DNA from: a virus
Lineage: Duplodnaviria; Caudoviricetes
DNA length: 53,353 nt
Direction: 5' to 3' (one strand)
IMG/VR virus record: IMGVR_UViG_3300044229_003740
Span: 1 to 53,353 of that record
The notes under the pieces are model-generated. The model was given only the letters and a program-made list of their open reading frames with translations, was not told the origin of the DNA and made no database searches. A program made the position numbers and the translations under genes. Positions 27,348 through 35,976 of the stretch are shown one piece after another. Every line of letters begins with the position of its first letter. Position 1 is the stretch's first letter.

Positions 27348-27897
27348 TCGGCCCTCGCAGGTCAGCCCGCTCGTACCACGTCTTGTCCTCGCCGCTCAGC
27401 GTTCCCCCGGCCTTCACGTATTCGTGCATCAGGTCGCCCAAGGCGTGTTCGTGCTGGCCGTATCCAGCACCAGGCAGCGATGCCCAGATATTCCGGCAGC
27501 GGCCAATGGCTTCGGTAATATCGCCGTCATGGATCAGGTCGAGCGCTCGCTGCTCTTTGATCTGCTGGATTGCGTAGCGGTCCTGGCTAACCGGGCCGAA
27601 GTCGGGCAAGCCGAGTTGGTCGCGGTAGTGACGCCAGTAGCGGGAAAGGATTTGATACCGACCGGCAGCGGTGGACCAGACGCCGGGGGCGTATTCGATA
27701 GCATCGCGCTTGCTTGGTAGCGGGTGATCGCCGTACCCGTCGAAGGTGCTCATTGCGTTGGGCAGCGAGCCCACCAGGACGTCATAGCCGTCGTCGCTCT
27801 TTTCGAGCATGGCCGGACCGATCTCGGCAAACGCGAGCATGTCCAGAAAAGCACATAAGTTGACGCTACCCGCGTCTTTAGCAGTAATGCGCGGCAT
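27340..27897 (-). CDS. Endolysin, lambda R-type lytic transglycosylase
   Basis: AFLDMLAFAE, GYDV.VG, STAAGRYQ.L, DF.P.SQD, IWASLPGAGYGQ.EH. Confidence 0.93.
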   Translation of the reverse strand: MPRITAKDAGSVNLCAFLDMLAFAEIGPAMLEKSDDGYDVLVGSLPNAMSTFDGYGDHPLPSKRDAIEYAPGVWSTAAGRYQILSRYWRHYRDQLGLPDFGPVSQDRYAIQQIKEQRALDLIHDGDITEAIGRCRNIWASLPGAGYGQHEHALGDLMHEYVKAGGTLSGEDKTWYERADLRGPND

Positions 27898-28009
27898 AGC
27901 GGAACCTCAAACAAAAAAGCCCCGCATAAGCGAGGCATGGTATGAGCGCCGCCCCATAGGTTCCGGGGTTCAAGGCCGGAGGGCGACATAAAATAATTCA
28001 GAAAAGGAC

Positions 28010-28038
28010 TTGCTATGGAAACTAAGTTTCCGTATACT
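28010..28038 (+). promoter_or_regulatory. acr-aca promoter with palindromic Aca operator in the spacer
   Basis: TTGCTA-17-TATACT; GGAAACT-A-AGTTTCC at 28017-28031. Confidence 0.8.
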
Positions 28039-28064
28039 GATCACATCAGCCAAGGAGAACAGAC

Positions 28065-28523
28065 ATGAAACTACTTCACACCAGCCCAAGCGAAATCACT
28101 GAAATCAACTCATTTGGTCGTTTTGGCGAGTTTCTGTTCTTCGTTGATGAAGCGTATGTGATGACGGCTGGCGAGCACGTTACCTACAGCATCGAGATTG
28201 AAGACGATGCGATCATCGAAGCGGGCCAGCTTTTCTATCATGACGGTGCCGAGAAGCTAACTGACTTAGTTGCCGAGTTAGCAGAAAAACTAAATATCGA
28301 CGAAGACGACGCCGAAGCGCTGATCGACGAAAGCAAAAGCATTTTTGATATGGATCTCGACATTGAGCCAGAAGACATGGCGGATGCTAGCTGGGACGTT
28401 CAAGTATTCACCGCTCGCGCTGCTCAAATCCTTGGCTTTCGTGCTGTTGAAGTCGAAGACGAGCAAGGCACTTCTTACATGGTCAGCATGATGGGCCGCG
28501 AATCAGAGCTGCTGGCAGAATGA
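28065..28523 (+). CDS. acrIF11: Anti-CRISPR protein, AcrIF11 family (ADP-ribosyltransferase-like)
   Basis: Very acidic 152 aa; L.HTS..EI..I...G.FG..LFF, W.VQ...A.AA..LG..AV...DEQGT.Y recall AcrIF11 homologues; followed by an aca-like HTH gene. Confidence 0.8.
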   Translation: MKLLHTSPSEITEINSFGRFGEFLFFVDEAYVMTAGEHVTYSIEIEDDAIIEAGQLFYHDGAEKLTDLVAELAEKLNIDEDDAEALIDESKSIFDMDLDIEPEDMADASWDVQVFTARAAQILGFRAVEVEDEQGTSYMVSMMGRESELLAE

Positions 28524-28732
28524 TTGATGCAGAGAAGTATCACGACACAACGAAAGCAAAAGAGCTGATCGCCGAAGCGCTCAAGGCCTGCGCTGAGTCA
28601 AAGCCGGAGCTCGCCCGGCGAATGGGTATGACTCGGCAGTACATCAACGCAGTGCTGCGCGGTGATAAGACCATGAGTTACGGCATGCAGGTCATGCTTG
28701 AGCAGATAGCAAAAGAAAAGCCCCGCCGGTGA
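28520..28732 (+). CDS. aca7: Anti-CRISPR-associated HTH repressor, Aca7-like
   Basis: MIDA.K..D....ELI..AL...ELA.R....R.Y......G.K.MSY..QVMLEQ recalls Halomonas Aca7; ATGA overlap with acr gene. Confidence 0.8.
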   Translation: MIDAEKYHDTTKAKELIAEALKACAESKPELARRMGMTRQYINAVLRGDKTMSYGMQVMLEQIAKEKPRR

Positions 28733-28744
28733 GGGCGAGGCTTT
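28714..28744. terminator. Bidirectional terminator (tR'-like for the late promoter; also ends acr-aca)
   Basis: AAAGCCCCGCC...GGCGAGGCTTT hairpin with A/T runs on both sides. Confidence 0.65.
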
Positions 28745-28786
28745 GAATTAGGTGCTGATTAAGCGTAGCTGTAACAGCTTAGGAAT

Positions 28787-28815
28787 ATCATAGTCCATAT
28801 CGCACAGGGTGGCAA
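28787..28815 (-). promoter_or_regulatory. Late promoter (pR'-like)
   Basis: TTGCCA-17-TATGAT directly downstream of the Q-position gene and ~40 bp before a terminator. Confidence 0.7.
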
Positions 28816-28818
28816 GTA

Positions 28819-29457
28819 TCAAGATGCTTTTTGTAATCGCCGCTTAATGCCCAATAGCTCCTCTATCTCAACCTGGCCAGCATCATCTAGCTCATACGCC
28901 ACGTCTTGCAGTAGCTGCCAGGGCTTGGCCCATTGTTCGCCCCAGCGCTTTAGGTCGAGTGACTGGCTGTGCTTGCCGCGCAGCCACTTGCCCACCTTCC
29001 AAGGCTCGTCGAGCGTCCGGCCTTCCTCCCGGCCCTTGTGATCGATCTTCTCCGGCACGCTGTGCAGGCGCACCCAGACACGCTCAATTGCAGCCAAAGA
29101 AAGCCAGTAAAGCATCTTCTGGCGGGCAGGTGCCCACTTGGAAAAGCCAGGCAACCGGCTTGCTGTAATCTGCGAGACGGAAAGGGCGGCCATGGTGGCG
29201 GCCTTCTTCATCGAGGCGTCATTCAACGCGCCGCGGCAGTTCAGGAAGTCGCCCACCGACTGCCGGGGCATGTCCATGCGCTCGATTGCCGTGTTGACCG
29301 CTGCATACTCAGCGTTCGTCCCAGCGCCGACGCCGCCTTTAATCGAGCAATCAACCCGGCAGCCCAGCTCGGCCATCTCCATGCTGACAACGCCCTGGCT
29401 GCGCAGTCCATCGTCTCGAGCCAGCACCCAGGCTAACCGTGCATCGTTGGTGATCAT
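28819..29457 (-). CDS. Putative late-gene regulator/antiterminator (Q position)
   Basis: Last gene of the nin-like region, immediately followed by a pR'-like promoter and terminator; assignment positional. Confidence 0.5.
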   Translation of the reverse strand: MITNDARLAWVLARDDGLRSQGVVSMEMAELGCRVDCSIKGGVGAGTNAEYAAVNTAIERMDMPRQSVGDFLNCRGALNDASMKKAATMAALSVSQITASRLPGFSKWAPARQKMLYWLSLAAIERVWVRLHSVPEKIDHKGREEGRTLDEPWKVGKWLRGKHSQSLDLKRWGEQWAKPWQLLQDVAYELDDAGQVEIEELLGIKRRLQKAS

Positions 29458-29669
29458 GGTCTTGCCTCCCAGTATCCTTGCCCCCAGGTAGACGGCTTGA
29501 GCAGCCTGCTTTCACTCACCCATCGCTCTACTGCGTCATGAAACCCATGGTTTCCGCAGTTATCGCAAACATTTTTTGGAAAACAGTTATAGAACTCGGA
29601 GTCATGAGCATCTCTTCTAAAGAGGCTATCGCACGCATTGCACCTAACGCTCAGCATGAATTCGCTCAT
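29454..29669 (-). CDS. Small zinc-ribbon protein
   Basis: CNAC...CDNC; ATGA overlaps. Confidence 0.6.
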   Translation of the reverse strand: MSEFMLSVRCNACDSLFRRDAHDSEFYNCFPKNVCDNCGNHGFHDAVERWVSESRLLKPSTWGQGYWEARP

Positions 29670-29926
29670 ACCACCTCGCTTTTAATCCACTCATGTAGGC
29701 TCGGGCTTGCCGATATAATGTGCAGATCCACATCGTTAGACTGGCCCATGATACTGGCGAAAAGCTCGAACATGGCAAGGTGGCTCTCGGTTACCACGAT
29801 CATCTGCTCGCCAGGGCGCTCAAGCTTCTGTAGCCCGTTCCAAGTCGAGGTCTCCCGCCAGCCTTCCTTCATCACGCCGCCAATCTCGATGTCGTAGAAA
29901 CGCTCTGTTCTGATCGTTGCTTTCAT
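29666..29926 (-). CDS. Hypothetical protein
   Basis: Translationally coupled chain of ORFs. Confidence 0.6.
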   Translation of the reverse strand: MKATIRTERFYDIEIGGVMKEGWRETSTWNGLQKLERPGEQMIVVTESHLAMFELFASIMGQSNDVDLHIISASPSLHEWIKSEVV

Positions 29927-30117
29927 ACCGCCCCCTTGCTGTGCTTTTCCGCTATCCGCCGTGCCTTGTTGCCGTCCGGCGCTTCGCCTATCTCCTGGCT
30001 GCCGTAATACACCAGGAACAGGTCAACGCCGCCGCAGGTGAATTTGCTGATCCTGTAGCCGCCGCAATCTGAGATGATGCAGCGATCATTAACACGGTCT
30101 TTGAGCTTCCACTTCAT
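29923..30117 (-). CDS. Hypothetical protein
   Basis: Translationally coupled chain of ORFs. Confidence 0.6.
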   Translation of the reverse strand: MKWKLKDRVNDRCIISDCGGYRISKFTCGGVDLFLVYYGSQEIGEAPDGNKARRIAEKHSKGAV

Positions 30118-30244
30118 CGGGTCACCATCCTCACGCAGTACAAAATGCTGTGTCCGGCTTCACGGCATTCGGCCCAAACGTTGACTCCTTGCCAAATGAC
30201 AAACGAAAAAACCACGATGCAAGCCAATATCAATAAGATTGTTT

Positions 30245-30616
30245 TCACGCCGCCACCTCCACCGGAATGATCTCTACCCAAGTCCCGCTCTCGGCTTTGC
30301 GGTCCACCTCGGGCGGATCGAGGATGACGCGACGCACGTACTGGCCCCGGTCATCGGGTATCAGCCCGGCGGCCACAAGGCCATCCTCGATATGCTTCAT
30401 GCTGATGGAGTAGTTGCTGGTGTCCCGCATGCGCTCGCCTTTGCCCAGCCGTGGGCGAAACACCAGGTCGACTTGGCAAGCCACAGGGACGACGCCCTGG
30501 CACGCTGCCTTGCAGGCCCAGGCAGCCGCTTTCACTTCCCGGTTGTTTTTGTGCTTGTTGGCACGCAGCGCAACGTTGGTGCTGCTTGCGATGTAGGGAA
30601 CGAATAAGCGCATCAA
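30245..30616 (-). CDS. RusA-like Holliday junction resolvase
   Basis: RD.SNY...K.IEDGLV..G.I.DD...V motif. Confidence 0.75.
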   Translation of the reverse strand: MMRLFVPYIASSTNVALRANKHKNNREVKAAAWACKAACQGVVPVACQVDLVFRPRLGKGERMRDTSNYSISMKHIEDGLVAAGLIPDDRGQYVRRVILDPPEVDRKAESGTWVEIIPVEVAA

Positions 30617-30801
30617 TCCCCCTCAGCCAGGTGGTGCCTGTCGGCGATCAACTCTTCCGCTAGTGCTGTAGATGCGTGACCAAACTCATCTTTAAGCCTT
30701 GAGGGATGCGCGCCTCCTGCCTCACCTGTGTGACGCCATTTTTCTAGAGCGGCTTTTGCCTTCGCCAGCCGCTGCCCGGCCTTGCTGCTGATCATGATCA
30801 T
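30613..30801 (-). CDS. Hypothetical protein
   Basis: Coupled ORF in nin-like region. Confidence 0.55.
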   Translation of the reverse strand: MIMISSKAGQRLAKAKAALEKWRHTGEAGGAHPSRLKDEFGHASTALAEELIADRHHLAEGD

Positions 30802-30904
30802 TCGTCGATCTCCATGCCGTGATTGCCCGATGCGTGGATATACATGCCGAGACCGGTCAGGAAGACGATGCCGATAATGCCTAGCGCGGGTAGGATCCAG
30901 ATGC

Positions 30905-31327
30905 TCATGCCGTCTCCTTGGCGTCGATTAACGCCAGTGCTTGCGATAACTGGTTGGCAGTCTCGCCGGTGAACTGATGGAGCCCGGCGATGATGGTTTG
31001 GCGCAGCCAGCGCGGTTGCTCAGCCTGCATAAACGGATCTCGGTGTACTTGGTCATGACATGCCCGGCACAGCGGCATAGCGAAGCTGTCTGGGGCGGTT
31101 AAACCGGTGCCTGAAAGCTGCCAACCAAGGCCGATAACGTGGTGCGGATCGCAAGGCGTGGTGCCGCACACACAACAAGGCAGTGATCGCACGAACGCCA
31201 GGTATTTCTCTGAACGCCACCGCTTGTCGGTGCTCTGCTTGCGCGCGGCTTTACGCTTGATCGGCTTGCGGGCCATGGGCGCCTTGGCTTTGAGCGGGCT
31301 CTTGCGAGCTAATGGGGTGCGCTTCAT
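30905..31327 (-). CDS. DUF968-like zinc-binding nin-region protein (start MKRTPL)
   Basis: YL.FVRSLPCCVCG....DPHH..G...D.FAMPLCR.CH; GGAGG RBS. Confidence 0.75.
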   Translation of the reverse strand: MKRTPLARKSPLKAKAPMARKPIKRKAARKQSTDKRWRSEKYLAFVRSLPCCVCGTTPCDPHHVIGLGWQLSGTGLTAPDSFAMPLCRACHDQVHRDPFMQAEQPRWLRQTIIAGLHQFTGETANQLSQALALIDAKETA

Positions 31328-31791
31328 GCCGCTGCCTCCTTGTAGCTCTCGTAGACCGCCAGAGCAGGCTCGCTCCAGTTGACGCCAAGCTCTACGCCGG
31401 TCGCATACAGAAACTCGATGAACGCCGCGGCTTCGGCTTTGCGGAATTTGGTGGTGCTGGGTCGGACGTACACCGCCTCCTGGCTTTTCCAGTCCCATAC
31501 CTTCTCGCCTGGGTTTGCCAGCGGGTCGCCCTGCTCTTCCATTTCAATTGCAAACTGATTCACCAGCACGGCCTTAACGCCATCGAGTGAGTAGCCACGA
31601 AAGCACTGGTGATGGATGTCGCCGATCATGGCGTGGAACTTGGCGTTCTGGCCCAGCTCGCGGCCAGGGCGGCGGATGGCGACCTCGACAGGCCCCGCTT
31701 CCAATCCCTTTGCAATGGCGGCGCTGGCCCGGGCGACCGAATACTGGTGCTGATGCAGGCTGGCGACGGGGATCACAAGCTCTTTACCCAT
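31324..31791 (-). CDS. ninB: NinB-family recombination protein
   Basis: R.L.QNAKFHAMIGDI, ST.KF.K.E...FIEFLYA.G.E.GV.WS. Confidence 0.85.
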   Translation of the reverse strand: MGKELVIPVASLHQHQYSVARASAAIAKGLEAGPVEVAIRRPGRELGQNAKFHAMIGDIHHQCFRGYSLDGVKAVLVNQFAIEMEEQGDPLANPGEKVWDWKSQEAVYVRPSTTKFRKAEAAAFIEFLYATGVELGVNWSEPALAVYESYKEAAA

Positions 31792-32020
31792 GCTCCACCT
31801 CCCTCAACATCTGCCGATGCTTGCTCACCATGGGCTGGCTAACGCTCCACTTCTCTGCGATTTCTCGCTGCATCATTGAGCTATTGAGGTCTGCGACGTA
31901 TCTTGGATTGCCCATCAGCCCCTTAGCTGCGCTCTGTTGGCGGTTCTGGCGTCGCGGCTGCGCTTCGCGCATAGGCCATGGCACTTGGGTTTGCGCCCAG
32001 TCGTATTTAGTTAGACGCAT
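31784..32020 (-). CDS. Small HTH protein (start MRLTKYDW)
   Basis: QREIAEKWSVSQPMVSK HTH; GGGGGTG RBS. Confidence 0.55.
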   Translation of the reverse strand: MRLTKYDWAQTQVPWPMREAQPRRQNRQQSAAKGLMGNPRYVADLNSSMMQREIAEKWSVSQPMVSKHRQMLREVEHG

Positions 32021-32207
32021 GGCGCACCCCCATAAAAGCGGTGAAGCGGTCGAAAAAGCCCGGCTTAGCAAGCTGCTGTAAGTCGCTGGAGGTAAAGTAC
32101 CGCTCACCCTCTGGCGTTGAGCACTTCACCGAGCCGCTGGCCATGGGCTCGATAATCTCGATGCCCTGGTCGCGCAGCCATTTGAGTTGCATCTTTGAGA
32201 AGGTCAT
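32007..32207 (-). CDS. Hypothetical protein
   Basis: GAGGTG RBS, coupled to the upstream gene. Confidence 0.55.
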   Translation of the reverse strand: MTFSKMQLKWLRDQGIEIIEPMASGSVKCSTPEGERYFTSSDLQQLAKPGFFDRFTAFMGVRHASN

Positions 32208-32944
32208 GCGACACCTCGCTGGCGATCTTCGGCCTGCTTGATCAGCTCATTGCGTCGCTTTTCTAACTGACGGCGGCGTTCTTCCTCAGCCTCAGCCTTG
32301 GCGTCATTGTCATCGTCAAGCAATGATCTCAGGTGCCTTATGTTCGCCTGAACACGCTCCTTTTCATCGGGCGGCAGCTCTTCGTCCGGGTCCTTGAAGC
32401 CGTGCGGCGAAGGCAGCAGGTGTTCTACCTTGGGCGCTTCGAGCCGACCCTTTTTAATCGCCTCGCTGATAGCGTCCTGGCGGCGTTCTGGGCTATAGCC
32501 GAGCGATACCTGCCACTTGGGTGTGCGGCCTTCCGCTTTCGCCTTGGCAACCTCGCGCTCATAGGCGCCAATAAACGCCATCCGGGCGCCTACCTTGTCG
32601 CCAATATCCAGCACCGGGCGGGCGGTGCCCATGGCGGCGGCCACTTCTTCCGTCCAGACAATGGTGTCCATGTCGTCTTCGCCGCTTAGCGCAAGCGCCC
32701 ATGCCTCGTTTGGCGACATGAAGGCGTCGGCGCTCGGCATGCGCTCAAGAATCGCAGCCAGCGTCAGTCGGCCAGATAGCTCTGAGCGGCAGCGCGCCAG
32801 GGCTTGCTCAATCTCGCCACGCTCGTATTGACGAAGGTCGCGGATCATCAGCGATGCAGCGGCTGGCTTGATCTCATTGCCCAGCACTTCGGCGGTGGCG
32901 TAAAGCTGCTCCAGGAGCTCTTCGGCATCGGTTTTCGTCAACAT
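32204..32944 (-). CDS. Replication protein in helicase-loader (lambda P) position
   Basis: Coupled to initiator; ATAEVLG...AL.RCR.EL.GRLTLAAI...EAWA.AL...GARMAF..AY.R. Confidence 0.55.
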   Translation of the reverse strand: MLTKTDAEELLEQLYATAEVLGNEIKPAAASLMIRDLRQYERGEIEQALARCRSELSGRLTLAAILERMPSADAFMSPNEAWALALSGEDDMDTIVWTEEVAAAMGTARPVLDIGDKVGARMAFIGAYEREVAKAKAEGRTPKWQVSLGYSPERRQDAISEAIKKGRLEAPKVEHLLPSPHGFKDPDEELPPDEKERVQANIRHLRSLLDDDNDAKAEAEEERRRQLEKRRNELIKQAEDRQRGVA

Positions 32945-33864
32945 CAGTCGTCTCCCCAGCCGGACGCCAGCAGGCGCTTGGCTTCGTCAACGTTGCTCAA
33001 GTTGGATTGCGTCGAATCCATCTGGCGGGCGCGGGTCTGCGTCATCTGGCTGCCGGTCTGCATCTGCGTGGCAATGGCCTCGCAGTCGGCCAGCATCAGG
33101 CCTACGGGGTGGCTCTTGGTGACGTAGAACTGGTTGTTCATGGCCAGGTAGTACGCGGCCACGGCAGGGGCTAGCTCTTTGCCAACGCGGTCGACAAGGT
33201 GGCCCATTTGTCCAGCGGTCTTTTGGTTCCAGATGGGATAAACCGTGTATCGGCGACGGTAAGCCATGGCGTAGTTAGCCCATGCCTTGAACGTTTTGGC
33301 GGTTTGGTCTTTCGGGCCAGGCATGTCGTGAGGGATTTCACATCGCGGTTTATCGCTCGAACGAATCGCGACCACGTTACCGGCGGCGACCGGCGCTTCA
33401 GCGTCGGGTGCAACATTGCTTTCATCAGTGCTTGGTAGTTCCTCAGTACTTACTAAACCCTCAGTACTTACTAGTGTCGGATTTGCCGTATACGGTTCAG
33501 CCGTATCCGGGTAACCCGTATCCGGTGAATCCACCACTTCCGGATTATCCGTAAGCGGAGTCTCGGTAACGATGTAATTCACCTTGCCAAACTCTCCAGC
33601 TTTGCCGCGACCGCGCTCACGCATTAGGTAGCCAGCTTTCTCCAGCTCAGTCAGCATTGCGTAGACAGCGTCGCGTCCAGACTTCTTATAAGCGCCCTGA
33701 GTCTCTTTGATCAGGTGAGCGACAGATACTTGCCAGTGGTCAGGCTTGCCAAGCAGGAATACAAGAAGGCCGCGAGCAGCCCAGGAAAGGCGCTGGTCTT
33801 CGCTAATGGATTTATTCAGCAGGTAGAAATTGCTTTCAGGGCGTGGCGCTCTCTTAATACTCAT
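32944..33864 (-). CDS. Replication initiator (O-like, N-terminal winged helix)
   Basis: D.RLSWAARGLL.FLL.KPD.W...GRDAVY..L.ELE.AGY; internal iteron-like repeats. Confidence 0.8.
   Translation of the reverse strand: MSIKRAPRPESNFYLLNKSISEDQRLSWAARGLLVFLLGKPDHWQVSVAHLIKETQGAYKKSGRDAVYAMLTELEKAGYLMRERGRGKAGEFGKVNYIVTETPLTDNPEVVDSPDTGYPDTAEPYTANPTLVSTEGLVSTEELPSTDESNVAPDAEAPVAAGNVVAIRSSDKPRCEIPHDMPGPKDQTAKTFKAWANYAMAYRRRYTVYPIWNQKTAGQMGHLVDRVGKELAPAVAAYYLAMNNQFYVTKSHPVGLMLADCEAIATQMQTGSQMTQTRARQMDSTQSNLSNVDEAKRLLASGWGDD
33441..33558. repeat. Putative replication origin iterons within the initiator gene
   Basis: CCGTATACGG, CCGTATCCGG x2, CCACTTCCGG, CCGTAAGCGG at 15-18 bp spacing, plus CCTCAGTACTTACTA x2. 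Confidence 0.6.
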
Positions 33865-34222
33865 TGCTCAGCTCCAGGCGCTCAAAAAAGAATTTGTGAT
33901 CAGGATCGCTTGCCACTTCTTGAATTAAGCCGTGCGCCTCTAGCCAGCGAAGCTGATTGATATTGAACCCAGCTTCGCTAACCGCTTTGCTGCAAATGCG
34001 CTTAAGGCGGAAGTCTTCTAGGGTTTGAATGCCCTTGGATTTGTTGCAAAAACCGCAGGCGGCAAAAAGATTTTCATCCTTATTGGTGCCGCCCTTGCAC
34101 TGTGGGACGATGTGATCAAAATGGCGATTTGAGTCATTTAAAGCGCAGCCGCAATAGGCGCACTGGCCTTCAGTCTTCTCGAGAATGCGCAGCCTTTTTG
34201 AATCCGATATGAGCTTGCTCAT
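33854..34222 (-). CDS. HNH endonuclease (start MSKLISD)
   Basis: CAYCG...DHIVP..KGGTN...NL..AC..CN.SKG. Confidence 0.85.
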   Translation of the reverse strand: MSKLISDSKRLRILEKTEGQCAYCGCALNDSNRHFDHIVPQCKGGTNKDENLFAACGFCNKSKGIQTLEDFRLKRICSKAVSEAGFNINQLRWLEAHGLIQEVASDPDHKFFFERLELSNEY

Positions 34223-34968
34223 GCTGCTACCTCCAAACCAGCCAAAGCCACCAGCTCGGCGAACTGATCGCGATACCAATGCGGTTGTGTCTCTCGTGGT
34301 GACTGAGGGCTGACGACATTCTTGCCGTAGGCCAAGCCTTCGTTGGTGATGCACCAGAAATGCTTTACCTTGCCGCCCGTCGATTTACGCTCACGGCGTT
34401 CAAGTAGGCCAATCTGGTAAAGACGCTCGTTAAAGGCAGCGGCGCTTGAGTTGATGCCGTAGTCGCGCAGCAGTTGGGTGGCGCTGGCGGTGTCCATGGC
34501 GCCTACGTGGCCAGGGGCGCTGTCTTCGGTGTAGCTGGGCAGGAAGCTGGTATCGGCGCCAATGGCCTGTCCCGCCTTCTTCAGCATGACAATGCGGCCG
34601 GAATCAGAAGCGCGCAGTAGGTTGGCAGCGCATTCAACCAGGGCCAGGGTGGCCGGAATATTGGACTGAACTGTCACAGGCTTGGCGGAACCGCTTTCCA
34701 GGTCATACCAACGCTTGATAACAGCAGCGCGGCGCTTTACGTCATAGCCGGTTACCAAAACTTCGGTGTGATAACGATCAAGCTCGAAGCACGACAGAGT
34801 ACGTCCGGTGCTGTCTTGGTACTCACCCCAGAATTGGGTTGAGTCAATTTCCATCTGTTCGCACATAGCGCGAATGTCACGCATCACATGGTCATGCCGC
34901 TTACCAGTAAGCTCCGCTATTTCGCGGCTGCTCATGGTGGGCTTGTGGTATTCTGCGAGCTGGTTCAT
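34219..34968 (-). CDS. Rha-family regulator with antirepressor-like C-terminal domain
   Basis: MSSREIAELTGKRHDHVMRDI, LVTGYD...R..VI.RW; C-terminal SAT.LL...G.N..SP..PRETQPHWY. Confidence 0.85.
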   Translation of the reverse strand: MNQLAEYHKPTMSSREIAELTGKRHDHVMRDIRAMCEQMEIDSTQFWGEYQDSTGRTLSCFELDRYHTEVLVTGYDVKRRAAVIKRWYDLESGSAKPVTVQSNIPATLALVECAANLLRASDSGRIVMLKKAGQAIGADTSFLPSYTEDSAPGHVGAMDTASATQLLRDYGINSSAAAFNERLYQIGLLERRERKSTGGKVKHFWCITNEGLAYGKNVVSPQSPRETQPHWYRDQFAELVALAGLEVAA

Positions 34969-34991
34969 AATTACCTCACTAAGTTGAAGTT

Positions 34992-35029
34992 AAAAGCCCG
35001 CCCGCTCCCCAGCGATTGGCGGGCTTTTT
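34992..35029. terminator. Bidirectional terminator-like hairpin upstream of rha
   Basis: AAAAGCCCGCC...GGCGGGCTTTTT. Confidence 0.6.
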
Positions 35030-35101
35030 GCGTTAAAGGGCGCTCGACTCAATTCGTGGTATCGTCAAATTTCCCAAAGTGACAAAACCACGGAGCCGAG
35101 C

Positions 35102-35545
35102 ATGAAAGGCATTTTTGAGTTTGATATTGAGGAATGGACGAAAGAGCGTGACGCGATTGTTGCAAAGCACGACAAAGGCGATTACGACGCGGACGCCATG
35201 GAGAAATTGCTGCATTACGCCAACGCCAGGACAATCGAGGCGCTGTGCATAAAGCACTTCATCTTCAGGTGCCGGATGACCTACTTCTTTGGCCGACCCG
35301 ATGTTCGGGATAGCGTTGACGAATTGCTGCGCGTAGCCGCCATCGACAAGCTTGGCCTCTCCCTGAGAGACGCCAAAAGCTTTAGCTACGACGACCTGAT
35401 CTTCATGCTTCGAGGAGAGATCAGCAGAACAGGACTTCCCGACCACGTAGCTGATGCCATCCTTGATGACCCGAAAGTGGATTCGGTTGTCTTTAGTGGA
35501 GTCGTGTTTAAGCATGCTTCCGTCCGGCCAGCTTCTCGGCGATAG
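35102..35545 (+). CDS. Hypothetical moron protein, opposite to the pR operon
   Basis: 147 aa, GGAG RBS. Confidence 0.65.
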   Translation: MKGIFEFDIEEWTKERDAIVAKHDKGDYDADAMEKLLHYANARTIEALCIKHFIFRCRMTYFFGRPDVRDSVDELLRVAAIDKLGLSLRDAKSFSYDDLIFMLRGEISRTGLPDHVADAILDDPKVDSVVFSGVVFKHASVRPASRR

Positions 35546-35936
35546 CGCGATGCCTGCTGGTCTCGTTGTCAGCAATAGCCGCAATTCCAGCCAAGACGTC
35601 TATCCAGGCGTCACGGGAAACGCCCTCGGGTGGCTCTTGGTTATGCCAGCGGTGAAGTGCGTCCATGAAAATAGAGCTAGCTGCATCGCCCATTTTGGCG
35701 TGGTGGTCAGCTAGATCGTCGGGGCTGACAGCAGCCTCATAAGCCGCCCGCACTGCGCGGGCGGTCTGCTCAAAGAACGCCTCTCGGGTAATGCCTTCGC
35801 CTTGCACGGCGCGCAAGGCGGTCTCGTGAAAAGACGGCTGATCGAACAAGCGGTTAATCGTCTCGATAGTGAGTTCGCTCAGGTCGTAGCCAGCAGTTTT
35901 CTCGATAGTGAATTGAAGCCGTGATTCCTGTCCCAT
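35508..35936 (-). CDS. Hypothetical protein in cII position
   Basis: GGAGGT RBS; first gene after cro. Confidence 0.7.
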   Translation of the reverse strand: MGQESRLQFTIEKTAGYDLSELTIETINRLFDQPSFHETALRAVQGEGITREAFFEQTARAVRAAYEAAVSPDDLADHHAKMGDAASSIFMDALHRWHNQEPPEGVSRDAWIDVLAGIAAIADNETSRHRAIAEKLAGRKHA

Positions 35937-35976
35937 ACCTACCTCCGGTTATCGTTTTGGGCGTTTGCCCACCTAC

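Noticed and set aside
12209-27935. Similar AAAAAAGCCCGC... sequences at ~12209, 14001, 15648 and 27913 as a dispersed repeat element
   Set aside because: Explained as ordinary intrinsic terminators of similar sequence in the late operon
27945-27990. tRNA-like fragment (GGTTCAA in a CCGG stem) upstream of the endolysin
   Set aside because: No cloverleaf, acceptor stem or CCA can be built
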